A stretch of 64,000 nucleotides of DNA from Fimbriosthenelais zetlandica (Eukaryota), in NCBI GenBank assembly GCA_977030845.1, contig OZ365113.1, positions 27,032,001-27,096,000 of the forward strand. The letters run 5' to 3'. The notes under the pieces are model-generated. The model had not been told where the DNA came from. It ran no database searches and worked only from the letters and a program-made list of their open reading frames with translations. Within the stretch, counting starts at the first letter, position 1. Every line of letters starts with the position of its first letter. This document shows positions 51,924 to 64,000 of the stretch, in pieces. The position numbers and the translations under genes are program-made.

Positions 51924-53593
51924 CTGGAAAATCAATTTTTATATATTAATAACTCTTGCAATACTATGTTGATAGGATACAATAATACGATACAATATAG
52001 TAACAATATGGTTTGGACGTGACAAATGTTAACACCTGCTGAAAGCTGCAGCATTGTAGCACGAGACGGAGCACGCTCAAACACACACCAATAAAGGTGA
52101 ACAGGGGGAATTTTCCGACCCAGAAATCATTGATTGCTTTTGGTGTAGCCTTGAGCAGTGTGACAGGTGTGGTGGGTCTACTAATATAGTATGAATTATA
52201 TATGTATCTGTAGGATAGTTGGTGCCCAATGTGTCAGGAGTTCCTCAAAACCAATCTGGGTGCTACACATATAATGTGTCCATACATTATAGGTCCTATG
52301 CACGTCCTAAGTCATAACAAAGAGCTTAAATAATGGTCTTTGGTCATACATATCTGACATACATACTTGACCACTGACAGCTTTATTTGACGAAAGAAAC
52401 TGACATAAGACAAAGAGCTGCTAGTATAACAACGCTTTAGTCTATGGTTATACTATGGGGGGAAAGTATCTGATTTGTTTATGTGAGAGACATATTTCAT
52501 CCATTGGTATTGGGCCCATAAACTGCTGAGTTTGCGTCAAATATATTTTATCTGGGGCGTCACGAATTTCATTCTAACAGTGTACCTGAATCGAGTCCTT
52601 CTTATGGTTTCGATCGAGTTAAGATCACCAGTTCAACCCTGTTTAAACCATTAGGCATTGTTCAAGGAGAGAAATGTATATCCTTATGAGTTGAACCCCA
52701 TTGAACCCACACGTTGCATATTGCTTCACAAGCAGCACCTGCCCAAAAATATAAGTGGAAAGGGCGTACCCTAGATCACCTACATTTTACAGATCAGCAT
52801 CTCTGCCAGTCAATGAGAGGAAGAATATTAATAATGTATGAAAAGGGAACAGTGTGAGGTGGGATTACAGTTGGTTGCTATGCTGAACCAGCACCCCTCC
52901 CCCTGGTGGTTTTACCCTGCATGATAAGAGGGTATATACTGGATCGGTATGAACGCTTATATTGTAGTCATTTCTAATACAATATTGATTTCCAAACATT
53001 AGGCAGAAAAAATGTACTCAGGAGCATGTTTGATAAGAAAAAATGTGCAACGGTAGGCAATAAAGTCATCATTGGGTCCTTGTCTGTCCCCAATTAAATA
53101 ATAATTTGTGTTATATGCCCCAAGCAATACTATTAGTTCAGTGACAAGAAACAGATCTTTCAATCCTGAAAGTCAATTGTTTTGAAACTATTTCAGCTGA
53201 CACAATTAAAATTTGCATAAATCAATAGCTGATGTCCTACCTTCTCCCTGTATTCCCTTGTTGGCTCTTCCCTAAGCTTGCCTGTGTATGAGTGACTTGT
53301 TTTCATTCCCATGAACTTGGCAACAATACCAGGAACATATGGCTACAGTCATGAAAGACCGGTACAGGAAAAGCCGATCCACTAACAGATTTTTCATAGC
53401 ATATAGCTAACTGAATTTTGACAATTGCCCCAGTGTAATTTAGCCATAGTAATTGATATTCATGGAACAGGAACGGAATTTTAAAAGAAAAAAGCCCGCA
53501 TATGACGCCTAGTCAGTAACACTATATCGATAGATCAATTACCAAAGTAAGCATGTTCTTTTATAAATAGAAATATGCGTTTCAAACACAGGA

Positions 53594-53671
53594 GATGCAT
53601 GTGGGTTCCAGAAACATAATATTATTATGATGCATGTGGGTTCCAGAAATGATGCATGTGGGTTCCAGGAA
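53594..53671. repeat. Three copies of a 21-bp motif
   Basis: GATGCATGTGGGTTCCAG(A/G)AA at 53594, 53629 and 53651. Confidence 0.9.
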
Positions 53672-55020
53672 TGCAGCAACTTATTGTTATCACCACAGTG
53701 TATCATTGGTGACATTATAGAAATCTATGAACCCACTTTTTCACAGATAGAGTCTTTCCTATTATAGCCTATTATAGCTGGGGGACTGGCCAGAGGCAAT
53801 GGACTTCTGACCTACTAAAACTTCCTATACATGTAATCCTAACTACCATTTCTAAAAGACAACCCGTAGTACCTTCATGCCAAGTACCATGTTAAAGTTA
53901 ATTAAACTTTATTATACCAGTGACTTACATTCATAGAGAGATTTGCTGCGGAAATGCTGAAAGAAAAGTATTATTAATTGCATTAATCTATTAATTGCAA
54001 TAAGGAAAGTACTTAAAATTATCATGTTGTTATACATACTTTAAAGGTTAAATATGCATATCTTTATCTTCATTCTCATTCTTTCAAAACTTGTCATTAT
54101 AGAGAAGAATATGCTACTTCTAAAAGTTCATAGTTCCATACATTTAAAATGAAAAATTCATTGTTTTTTAACATTATTCTCCAATCCTTCTTTTTAACAG
54201 ACCCGCTTCTCATGGGTTATTTTTTGCTGGCTATAAGCGCGTGAGAGTCTATACTTTGTGGAGGGTTTGTGGAGGTATTCAGTGCTCGTTTCATCCCAGC
54301 CATGAGTAACTGAGTAAAGAAACAAGAAGCTGGAGGCACACAGCTTGGCGGGGGTGGAATATAGAGGTGGATGTCAATGGGTAGACAGGGTAAGAGTATA
54401 GTATACAGACATAGAGAGCTATACACTCAGTGCTTAACCCATGTCTCAACCTGGATACCGTCCTACTTAAACAGACTTCCATTGACATAATATTGTAGAA
54501 ACTTTGTTATATTAAGAATACCTTATTTTGCATGGATTCCCAATGATAAATTATACATTAGTTTCTAGAACAAGACATAATATAATCAGAATTTTTTTCT
54601 CCAAAAAATATCACAAAATCATAGGACGAGATCGAATTCAAAAGACAATGCTTGAAAAATTATACCAGACATAAAAAGTATAATACAGAACATGGTTGTA
54701 CATCATATGTTATAAATTCTGGACAACAGGTGTTGCAAAAAGTGGCTAAAATGTTTACACTGGTACAGATGTTGGCCTTAGAGCATTAAATTATTTGCCC
54801 AATTTTCAACTAACGAGGCATGGCATGAGATAGGTCTTCTATCATGTCTGGAATGAGCGGAACCTTAGATCCCTTTTTATAAAAATGATTATAATGGCAC
54901 ATGGGAAATGTAGGTTAATAATGCACAGATTAAGGCAGGTTAGAACCTGTTAATGATCTATCAATGACTTGCAAATTATTAAGAAGCAACTATAGTCTTA
55001 GCTGCGCCTCTACTTAAATC

Positions 55021-55196
55021 AAGCTGCAACTTGACACATAAATCTGCAACTCAACTTTTAAAACTGCAATTTGACACTTAAATCTGCAACTCAACTTTTA
55101 AAACTGCAATTTGACACTTAAATCTGCAACTTAACTTTTAAACCTGCAACTTGACACTTAAATCTGCAACTCAACTTTTAAGACTGCAACTCAACT
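55021..55196. repeat. 40-bp minisatellite (two related 20-bp halves), about 4.5 copies
   Basis: Unit AAACTGCAATTTGACACTTAAATCTGCAACTCAACTTTTA. Confidence 0.9.
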
Positions 55197-55383
55197 ACTT
55201 CTAGTGTATATAAGCTTTTTCGATTCATGCTCATAATTACAAAGGTGATATTTCTACGTTTAACACCTTAGTGGAATGCAGAGAACTTTTTCACATGAAT
55301 TCTGTTCTATGTTAAGAACCAGCATCGGTTTTGGACGCGTTCCAGGTATGAAATCATCGGAGGGCTTGGGTGAAGAAATACCT

Positions 55384-55427
55384 TTTTAAGCGAATTAAAG
55401 GGGTCCTTTTAAGCGAATTAAAGGGGT
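55384..55427. repeat. Short tandem duplication (23-bp period)
   Basis: TTTTAAGCGAATTAAAGGGGT x2. Confidence 0.9.
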
Positions 55428-56409
55428 GTATTGTGCTTATTATATGGGTATTACCTAACACGTCAAACGAGGATTATGTAAAGGTTGTCTGTGGTAACAT
55501 GAAACTAATAAATGTGGTTGTCACAGAAGGTCAGTGGGTCGGGTTGATTACAGTATACAGCTAAAGTTTTATAAGGGATAGGTTCTGTATGCATGGAATG
55601 GGAGAGACAATACACAATTATGTCTGCCATAAATTCATCAAATTAAATCATGTTCACATTACACCCAATATTTATAGTAATAAGGGACTAACATAAATGT
55701 TATAGAATATATAAAACCATAATACATGCAAGTATGAACATATACAAAGACAGTGCCAAGATCTCCAGCTGAGAGATACAATGACCTCAAACAGTGAAAT
55801 AAGCAGTCTGATTATTACATACTCTGACGAAGAAACACGTGAGGTCTTTACTCCTATAAGAAAATATGACTCACACAGGTAACATATAAAATCATGGCTC
55901 AGCTTTATGGGAGAAATGAGTACATAAGCTTTTAACTGACTTCCACCCATTATTTCCACATCAAGCCCTCGGGGTAAGAGACCTATAATATATGGACAGA
56001 TCCATAAAGCATTCACTTTGCATTAGGCCTACACTGTAACCGAGACTAGCTAGTATTGACTGTTTATGTATACATACATCAATTGATCGATATAGAGGAC
56101 ATGTCCACTCCAGCCCAGGCAAAGCCATATATCAGGTTTCCAACACAAATCCAAATTCATTTCTAACGCATTCTAATCAATTGCTCTACCATTGAATTCT
56201 ACGGAGGAAAATCTTGGAAACCAGTTTTTGGGCGGGACTACTGGTAGTATTATAATAAATGCCATATATCGTGACTGAGGACGAGCCATGAGACAAAATC
56301 CATTTATACTGAGTGCCACAGATACTTTAGTAGGGACAACTCCCACTTTCACGGCTCACTCTCCCACTCATATTCAACAGTCTCTAATCTCTATCTACAC
56401 AGAGCCCGT

Positions 56410-56720
56410 TCACAATAAGATCGCGCGACCGTCAGCGTTCCAGACGGCGTCTCAGTGAATGGAAGCGTATTGTGTATTGGTAGAATGATAGGTTATCTTA
56501 CCTGTCTGATAACAGCGATTTTATCTAGGTGGCTTGTAGGTAGGTACGTACTCCAGATCTGACCGCAAAACGCCAAACACCGGAAGTGACACACTTTTTC
56601 AGTGGGTATGAAGTTGTAGAGTGACTGCAGATGGCACCACCTCCAGGCCACAGACACCGACCATCACGCGCAGTGACGCGCCCTGATACATGGCGGACAA
56701 GCCTGGCGGGAACACGGGGA
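56410..56720. promoter_or_regulatory. CpG-rich putative bidirectional promoter between the MARVEL (-) and TRPV (+) genes
   Basis: Local CpG/GC enrichment in AT-rich surroundings. ETS motif CCGGAAGTG at 56580-56588 and YY1-like CATGGCGG at 56689-56696. Confidence 0.6.
56502..56580 (-). other. Probable non-coding first exon of the MARVEL gene
   Basis: Consensus donor cag|gtaaga at 56502/56501 inside the CpG-rich island. The 5' boundary is approximate. Confidence 0.5.
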
Positions 56721-57929
56721 ATTAATGGTTACAGTCGTCTGCTACAGGCTAGCTATAGAACCATGGAGCTATAGCACAATACATGTACCAATCACTTAGG
56801 CCTAAACGAAAGAAAACGATTAACTGTGAATGATTCGATATTCCAAGATTGGATCATTTATTGGTGGATAGAGGGTTAATTTGAAATGTGAATTTTATCT
56901 GAAAAAGGAAAAGAATCAAAAAATAAATTTTCCTATTTTCATGTAATATTACAAGCCTTCTATATTATATAGCCTAGGCCTTCATGAATAATACTAAATT
57001 TGTTGGTTATTATATAATGTATTTTATTTCAGACTCATCCATATAAGTATTATAAAAAGATGTTAATTAGGCCTACAATATATATAGCGGTCCATAGATC
57101 ACATCAATACAATACAACTGAGTGAGTAATCAACTGAATATTTCATTTAAATTCAAAATGAAACGTATAGAATTATAATTGACATAAATCAGTTACTATT
57201 CTGGCACTATGCCTATTACTATGGAGCTTATAGCTCTAACTCAATGTATTTCATTGTATGTGTATAGGAAATAGCATGTTATGCTGCAGCTTTAACAGCT
57301 GTCAACAGAGCTTGCTCGCTACCATATATATGTAACAGGCCGGGACTGAACTCACCACTTAAATTAAGCTCTCTCGCTATTCTAAGAGTGGAAGCCATAT
57401 TACGTAATCCTCACCTCTACTGATCCCCTCCACTGACATACATGAGTGGCAATATCACGTGACTGTGTTCCCTAGCGACAGAGACGCCACTTGGCTTTTT
57501 CGCCGTGGATTTTTCAGGCGCGGCTTTCTGGTTGAGGCGTTAGGAATGGTCATCTGGGTGGTACGGGGGTATAAAATGATGAGATACCAGTGATAGAAAC
57601 AGACATAGGAAGTTATAGGAAATACTCCTGTATTAAGGTAACACTTTATGCTATATTTACAAACATTAATTAACAAGATTGGACTTGTACTTCTTCTGTA
57701 CATAGACGAAGACTCTGCTATAACAGCAAAGCAATCCAGTAACACTTTATTATTATATTTCTTTATAATTTACATTTGACAGTAATTGTTAGCATAGTTC
57801 TATTAGGTAGTATGATGGTTTTGTCCAAGTTACATCATAAACCTTTATCCAAAAACTTATAATTTATAACATATATAGCCTACATAATATGTGGATTATT
57901 TATTAATCTTAGACATTTTTTTTTTACAG

Positions 57930-57986
57930 GTGGAACATATTTTACTCAAAACAAATCACTGACAAAAACCAAGGGAAAACATTATT
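57930..57986 (+). other. Upstream exon of the TRPV gene (5'UTR or N-terminal extension)
   Basis: ttttttttacag|...|gtaagt. It would splice to the acceptor at 58104 and is open in frame with the ATG at 58124 (WNIFYSKQITDKNQGKTLLSPPNHKM), but I found no matching upstream start. Confidence 0.55.
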
Positions 57987-58123
57987 GTAAGTAGAAAGGA
58001 ATCTCTCTCCAATTTATGTTCATTCATTACTTCAAAGTTTAATTATAAGTGACTTTTCAACCATAATAGTATCATTTTAATATCGATAATTTTCTTTGTG
58101 GCAGATCACCTCCAAATCACAAG

Positions 58124-61100
58124 ATGAGCTTCAGAAAATCCCGCCACACCAAAATAGAATATGAACTTTCTGACTGGGATGCTGCACCACCGACTATGCG
58201 GAAGAGATCCAACTCCATGGATCTTTTGGATGCATTACGTCGCTCCAGCAAGAAGTTCCACTCCCGAAGTCACACGGCCGTGGCCAGATTCCCCGAACAT
58301 TACTGTGGAGATGAGTATGTAGCGACGTTAACAAACACAGCACCCAATACAACGTATGCCAATTCCTACCGCTACAGCAAGGAGGCTAAAGTCAGACAAT
58401 GTCATGACTGGAATACAAAGGCATCCACAGCCTCACGAGGTTCGCAATGCAACCTTAAAGGCAACCTAGTAGATTCCTATGTACAGTGCAACCCTGCAAC
58501 AAGAGAGATGACCGTACAAACACATAAATGGAGGCCTGATGTGGTGGCTGTTCAGGAACATAAAACCCCGACACCACCCAAGCCGACCCCTCAACCTCCT
58601 GGCTTTGATATGGAAGCTCTGGTTGCTTTAATTGTAGCCAGGGTAAATCCAGAATGTAAGGGAAGTCAGATCTCAGAGGATATCCTCCATAGCATATCCG
58701 CATCCATCGCGGAACTCCTGTCCCTGCTGCATTCTGTGAGGAGGACCACGGAGGGGGTTGATGTGAAAGCAGATATGACGCTCGAGGAGTTAAGAAAGTT
58801 GCTGGGTTCTCGGGAATCAGGAATCTCAGAAGAACTCTTAGTGATGCTCAGTAAAATTCACGATTACCAAGGGGCTTTAGCTGATCAGATTCTAAAGGTA
58901 AGATAACTTTTCTTTTCATCATTTTTCTTTTCTGAAATTGTTATGTTCTTATTTTCTTTCCGGGTAATATGATCAATGTTGAAGAGTGTTAAAGCAATTC
59001 AGAAGTTATGGAGCATACCAACTAAAAGTTGTTCTGTCTGTTCTCTTTAGGTGGTCAGTCAGTTGAAGGAGGAACACAGTCACATTATTAGGACAATGAG
59101 AACCCTTGATGTAGGCTCTGGCGGCATGGAACGGGAATATTATCTGAAGATAAGCGCCATGCTAGAGGTAATTTATTTAATTTTCTACATGAACAGATCA
59201 TAGAAGACTTCCTAAGTTGTATGAGATTGATCGATTTTGGCTTCATGTTCTGTTATTTTCATCCAGTATTAGATCAAATTATCAATTTTCAATGTGATTT
59301 TCTCTGTAGGAGATTCTGAATTGCCTCAAAGAAGAGGTAGTGGTGACAACAGTGACCAGGAGAGAACTGTATGGAGGGAAGTGTCGGTGTGCGAAAATAG
59401 CACAATCTGCTAAAGCTCTTCTGGCGACTAACGGATCTGTGACACCAGGGATCTGTCAGCGATGTGTCAATGACAAAAAGGTAAAACATCAATAATCTTG
59501 ATCAGATAAAAAACTTCAAAAAGGTCTTCAAAATTTAATTTCCAGTAAGGTTTCAAAGGCACATATTAAGGCCATTGTACAACCATGGGTTAAAGTATTC
59601 TTGTGCAACGCAGCCTTGGCATATCCAGAATCTGCATGTATTACATTTTGGAAGCAGAGATAACACTTTCTCTTTATTTTTTTAGGGACACACATTTATC
59701 GTCAGTCTCAGGTTGCCACTGACCCTTTCTGAGACAACGGTCAATGTTTTCGGTCGAATGATTGAATGCATTGAGAATGATGATGACTTCAACATGAAAC
59801 ACCTTCTCCTGGAATTAGAGGATGACCTGCCCAGTGAGTGGGAATGCAAGCTCTACCAAGTCATATACGAGGCCCTGTTACTTCTTGCACTGCTGAGACA
59901 GAGTACAAAGTGTTCACAGAGTCTGGCAGGACTGGTGGATGTCAACATGATGCTGAGCAGCATGAGCAGGGAGAATCACAAGTACCAGCTTCCTAATTAT
60001 CTCAGGCTTGCTGTGGAGTCCAGAGACGTTGAAACTCTGAGGAAACTCTTCGAAAAGATGCCAGAGAATGAGAGGATTGCTGTCATCAACCATGGCGTGG
60101 TCATGTCAGATGGTTCCACAGTTTGTCCTCTCTTCGAAGCTGCCAGAAACGGTGATGCTGAAACTTTTTCTTTCTTGATACAGAGCGGTGCAAGCATGGA
60201 TGTGAAGGAAATAGACAGGACCATCTTGCATGAAATCGCGAAGATATCCAAAGAAAAACTTGAATCGCCAAAGCATAAAGACTGGAATAAAGCTTTGGTT
60301 GGCATGTTGGGCGTCATTTTCGAACATGCTGGATACTGGTGGGAAAGACAAGTCATCAACGAGGCATGGTCAGGCTGCACAGAAGCTTCAGTGAAAAACG
60401 CACTCACATACCTGTTTTCAATTGCTGACAGGAACGGTTCTAATGCTTTACAGTATGCTGCCAGATATGCCTCACCCGAGATCATCAAGAAGATGGTCTA
60501 CACAGAACCTTACGAGTTTAATCCAGACCCCCTGGATTTTGGACATGACAACGGCTGTAAGGGCTATGTGGTGGATCAGATCGAAAGCAGACTGGCCAGA
60601 AAAGACACTTCAGTACTGGAGCGAATGATCAGGAGGGACCCTGCCGATGGAGCCAGTGTCTTGTCAATTGAACCTTTCAGGACAATGATCCAGGACAAAT
60701 GGAGGCGCTATCGATACTTCTATGGCCTGTGGTTCGTCTGCTACTTATGCTTCATGGCCATCTACAGTGCATGTGCCATGGAAAGGCCAGTCGGAGCAAA
60801 ATCTATTCCTGAAATGTACACCACAAGAGATGATTATGGGAGGCTAGCTGGAGAAATATTCATCCTGGTCTGTCTGCCAATGTTTTTCTATGGAGAGATA
60901 AGAGACGGAGTACGCATTGGTTTTGTTATTCCTCGACCTTGGTTGAGGACAGGACTGTTCAGGATCACCAATTTCATCTTTGTAGCAACCACAGTGGCTG
61001 TGGTGATCCTTCGTCTCACACTCAACCCAAATGAGGACGTCGCTTTGTCTCTTGCTCTCCTTATTGGCTGGCTGAATGCTCTGGAATTCCTCGGAGCCTG

Positions 61101-61755
61101 GAAATCAATTGGCATGTTTGTGATTGTCCTGCACAAGGTCTTCACAACTGATATCGCCCTCAAGTTTGCATTGGTCTTCGGTATATCCTTGGCTGGTACC
61201 TCTACAGCTACTTATATTATCTATCAGACGAGCCCTGCTCAACCAATAGCTGAGTACACCAACGAGACTTTCTGGATGACCCCCTACACCCTCACCAAAC
61301 TGAGCATGACTCTCTTCACAGACGACCCAGCACTAGAGGCTGCCAACAATGGCTTTGCCGTTGCTCTGTATATCACCTTCCTCTTCCTATTTAACTTCAT
61401 GCTCTTTGGTCTTGTTATAGGCATGTTTGCAGACACCTACTCAACGACCAAGAAGAGAATCAGCTCATCCTGGATTTGGGTCACAGCCACCTATGCCCTG
61501 CTCATGGACAGGAGGCTGCCAAACTTCCTGTCTATTACTTACAGTACTGACAGTCAGAGTCAGACTTGGAGTGGTGTGTCTACCAAGCTGAAATACTTGA
61601 CCAGGACGGTGAGAAGAATGGAGATTGACGGCAGACTTGTTAATACAATCCAGCATGTTGTACTCTTGGAAAAGGAAGACATACCACGTCCAAAGTCATT
61701 AAAATATAGAGATACAGAAATTGTCCTCTCAAAATTGGAGACACCAAGAGAGTGA
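58124..61755 (+). CDS. TRPV-family cation channel (TRPV5/6-like features), about 1043 aa
   Basis: Exons 58124-58897, 59051-59167, 59310-59480 and 59686-61755, all phase 0 and GT-AG. Ankyrin repeats (PLFEAARNGDAETFSFLIQSGA, GSNALQYAARY), pre-S1 MIQDKWRRY, six hydrophobic segments, S4-S5 linker IGMFVIVLHKVF, S6 ending FADTY, and TRP helix W...LLMDRRLP. Confidence 0.88.
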
Positions 61756-62228
61756 ATAACTTTTTATCTGTGACCATATCATATTATCTCGTTTATGTAG
61801 CTCTTATTTAATTCATCACCTTCTTAATCTGTTGGACTGTATATTTATGCATTGATTGTTAACTTGTTATACAAAATGTAGTGTCTATCAATTTGTGCCC
61901 AAGATGTACTCAAGTGCCTTTTGCTAGCCGACGTTGATTTTGTATATCTAAGCATTTTTGTCTCTTTTAATAATGTTACGTCATTACGTTTTTAAATATT
62001 ATGCTGGTTAGACTGTGTATCTTTCAAAAACATAACCAGTTATTTTTCAATATTATAATGGTTCGTTTCTGCTTAGGTCATGCTCATAGATATATGCGAT
62101 ATTGACTTATAAATAAAGCAATGTATAGCAAAATTTGTACCAAAATAGGGAGAAAAATAAATAATCTATTTATTCAACTCAACATTTTATGTTCCCTGTA
62201 TATAATGTCAGACTAATTGCAGTTGAGA

Positions 62229-63944
62229 TCAATCGTGATCACGAAATTTAAACGAGATGTGGATGGGTTCCTCAGGCTGCAGCAGTCCTCTCTTTTTCAT
62301 TCTGAAATGTTCCTAAAAACGAAAAGGTTATTATTAGAATCCATCGTCAACAGACGATGAAAGTTGGCCTATCTTCAAATAACTTAATGTATGTGCCAAG
62401 AAACTCAACCCATTTACCTGAACATGTGAAGTTTTATCAAATATAAAGTTTTGAAGGAGATAAATCAAAGCGATCTTGATTTCCAACATGGCGAGTCTGA
62501 TGCCTATACATTGCCTTGGTCCCATCCCAAAAGGTATCCAAGCGGCTGGGTCTCTCTTAGCTTTCTCTTCTGGTGAAAATCTGTTGGATGACGACAGCAA
62601 ATTTATATGAATTACATGAGGACAAAATTATCTATCTTGTTTCATAGAACAATGCATCAAGCAATTAAAATCAACCAATATGATTGTGTGATGCCAAGAA
62701 ATTATATTAAGAAATATCTTGGAAATATTTTCAAAGTTTCTACTGCACCTTTCTGGTATGAACTTTTCGGGGTCATGCCAAAGTGAGGGGTCTCGGTGTA
62801 TGCTATGAATGGGAATGACAATAACCACACCCTTCTCTATTGTCACGCCTTCTATCGTTGTATCTTTCGAACATATTCGTGTGATCCTGGAATATGAAAC
62901 ATAGAACACATTGGAAGAAATGTTTGAATTTTTCAATATTACTCTCGATGCAGATGGCCTATTAATGTTGGGCCTTAAACTGATGGATATCTTGATGGAT
63001 ATTTTACACAATTTCGATAGAAAGTGAGAAATCAGAGAAAGTATTTAATTATGTGAAAATATCACCAACCTTCCTGCTGGTGGATACAATCGAAGAGTTT
63101 CACATATAAACATGTCTAGATATTTCATTTGGTTTATACAATCATTGTCTATCTGCTCCTGAAATGTAGTCAGTTGTATAGTAATTGTTCTGACATGAAT
63201 TATTAGCCTATAATACTTCGGCCAATACGGTATATTTCTTTCAACTATAAATAGAGCATATTAGACATACTTATATGGCGACATATTCTCATTGGAATCG
63301 TATGTCAAATAGGAAAAAATACGTCAATTTATGTTAAGCCATTTCTTACCTTGTCGTTCAAAATGGTGTCTATTTCCGTCACCAGACGGTTCTGTATATC
63401 AGGATGGGTTGCTAAGCAGTAGCTGGCAAAGCTAAGCGTAGTCGCTGTAGTTTCGTATCCGGCCAAGAAGAAGAGCAGCGATTGTGCTAATATTTCCTCA
63501 TGGGTCAGGCCTAAATAAGGATAAAATTAACTATAAAGCATCAAAATATATATTCGCTTTCCCCTTAATACAATTCACTTATCAATCATATGATTATATC
63601 AAACCTCTTTTCGACCAGGGACCATCGGGACCATTTATAACTTCTGTGGAATTTTCAAGCTGAAGACCATTCTCTTCTATTCGAGCATCCATCATCAGTT
63701 TCAAAAAATCAGTTTGATGCTGGAAGGAAATTACATAAGATGTTATGAAGGAAAATCCTCAAAAAAACTCTCGTGGCTCTACATTATTTCAAACAATATT
63801 TCAATTAGACCTATCTGTTAACCTGAGCTGAGCAGGATCTCTCTTTGATGGTCCTATCAGTAACTTCTACGAAAAAATCTATCACATCTTTCGGGTAGGG
63901 GGCGTCCAATTTTTTCTGGATCCAAGAGGTGATAGGCTGAAATA
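62229..63944 (-). CDS. Cytochrome P450, CYP3 clan (CYP3A-like); 3' part only, 5' exons lie outside the window
   Basis: Exons 63944-63823, 63719-63605, 63510-63350, 63158-63070, 62886-62749, 62580-62418 and 62312-62229, with consistent phases. Motifs: DFLKLMMDA, I-helix FFLAGYETT, K-helix ETLR, PERF, heme motif FGMGPRQCIG, C-terminal GLLQPEEP. Confidence 0.92.
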
Positions 63945-64000
63945 CTGTAGGGAACCATATATTTATGGTTGAGTTAATGTAAATTGTTAAATAAATCTTG

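Noticed and set aside
56690-56725. ATGGCG in the CpG island as the TRPV start codon
   Set aside because: The frame closes after 11 codons and there is no GT donor before the stop.
59997-61656. Antisense ORFs overlapping the TRPV exon
   Set aside because: These are shadow ORFs typical of the reverse strand of a long coding exon.

Overview
Eukaryotic, AT-rich genomic DNA with GT-AG introns from an invertebrate animal (species not determinable from the sequence). I reconstructed four spliced genes by hand, checking intron phase at every junction. (1) A 13-exon CUB x3 / LDLa x3 single-pass receptor, + strand 28427-41424. (2) A MARVEL-domain (plasmolipin/CMTM/MAL-like) gene, - strand 44178-51901. 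Its TM1-loop-TM2 exon is present as four tandem paralogous phase-0 cassettes and its last exon as two paralogous versions, which predicts a mutually exclusive exon array with at least 8 isoforms. (3) A TRPV-family channel, + strand 58124-61755, head-to-head with the MARVEL gene. Its whole ankyrin+channel core lies in one 2070-bp exon, and it has a long N-terminal extension and non-canonical S6/TRP-box residues. (4) The 3' part of a CYP3-clan cytochrome P450, - strand 62229-63944. The first 28 kb is mostly non-coding, with decayed LINE-like fragments and foldback elements. It also holds a cryptic antisense array at 21480-22720 of exon-like units whose lengths are multiples of 3, separated by 73-74 nt intron-like spacers. 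No rRNA, tRNA or CRISPR array was found.
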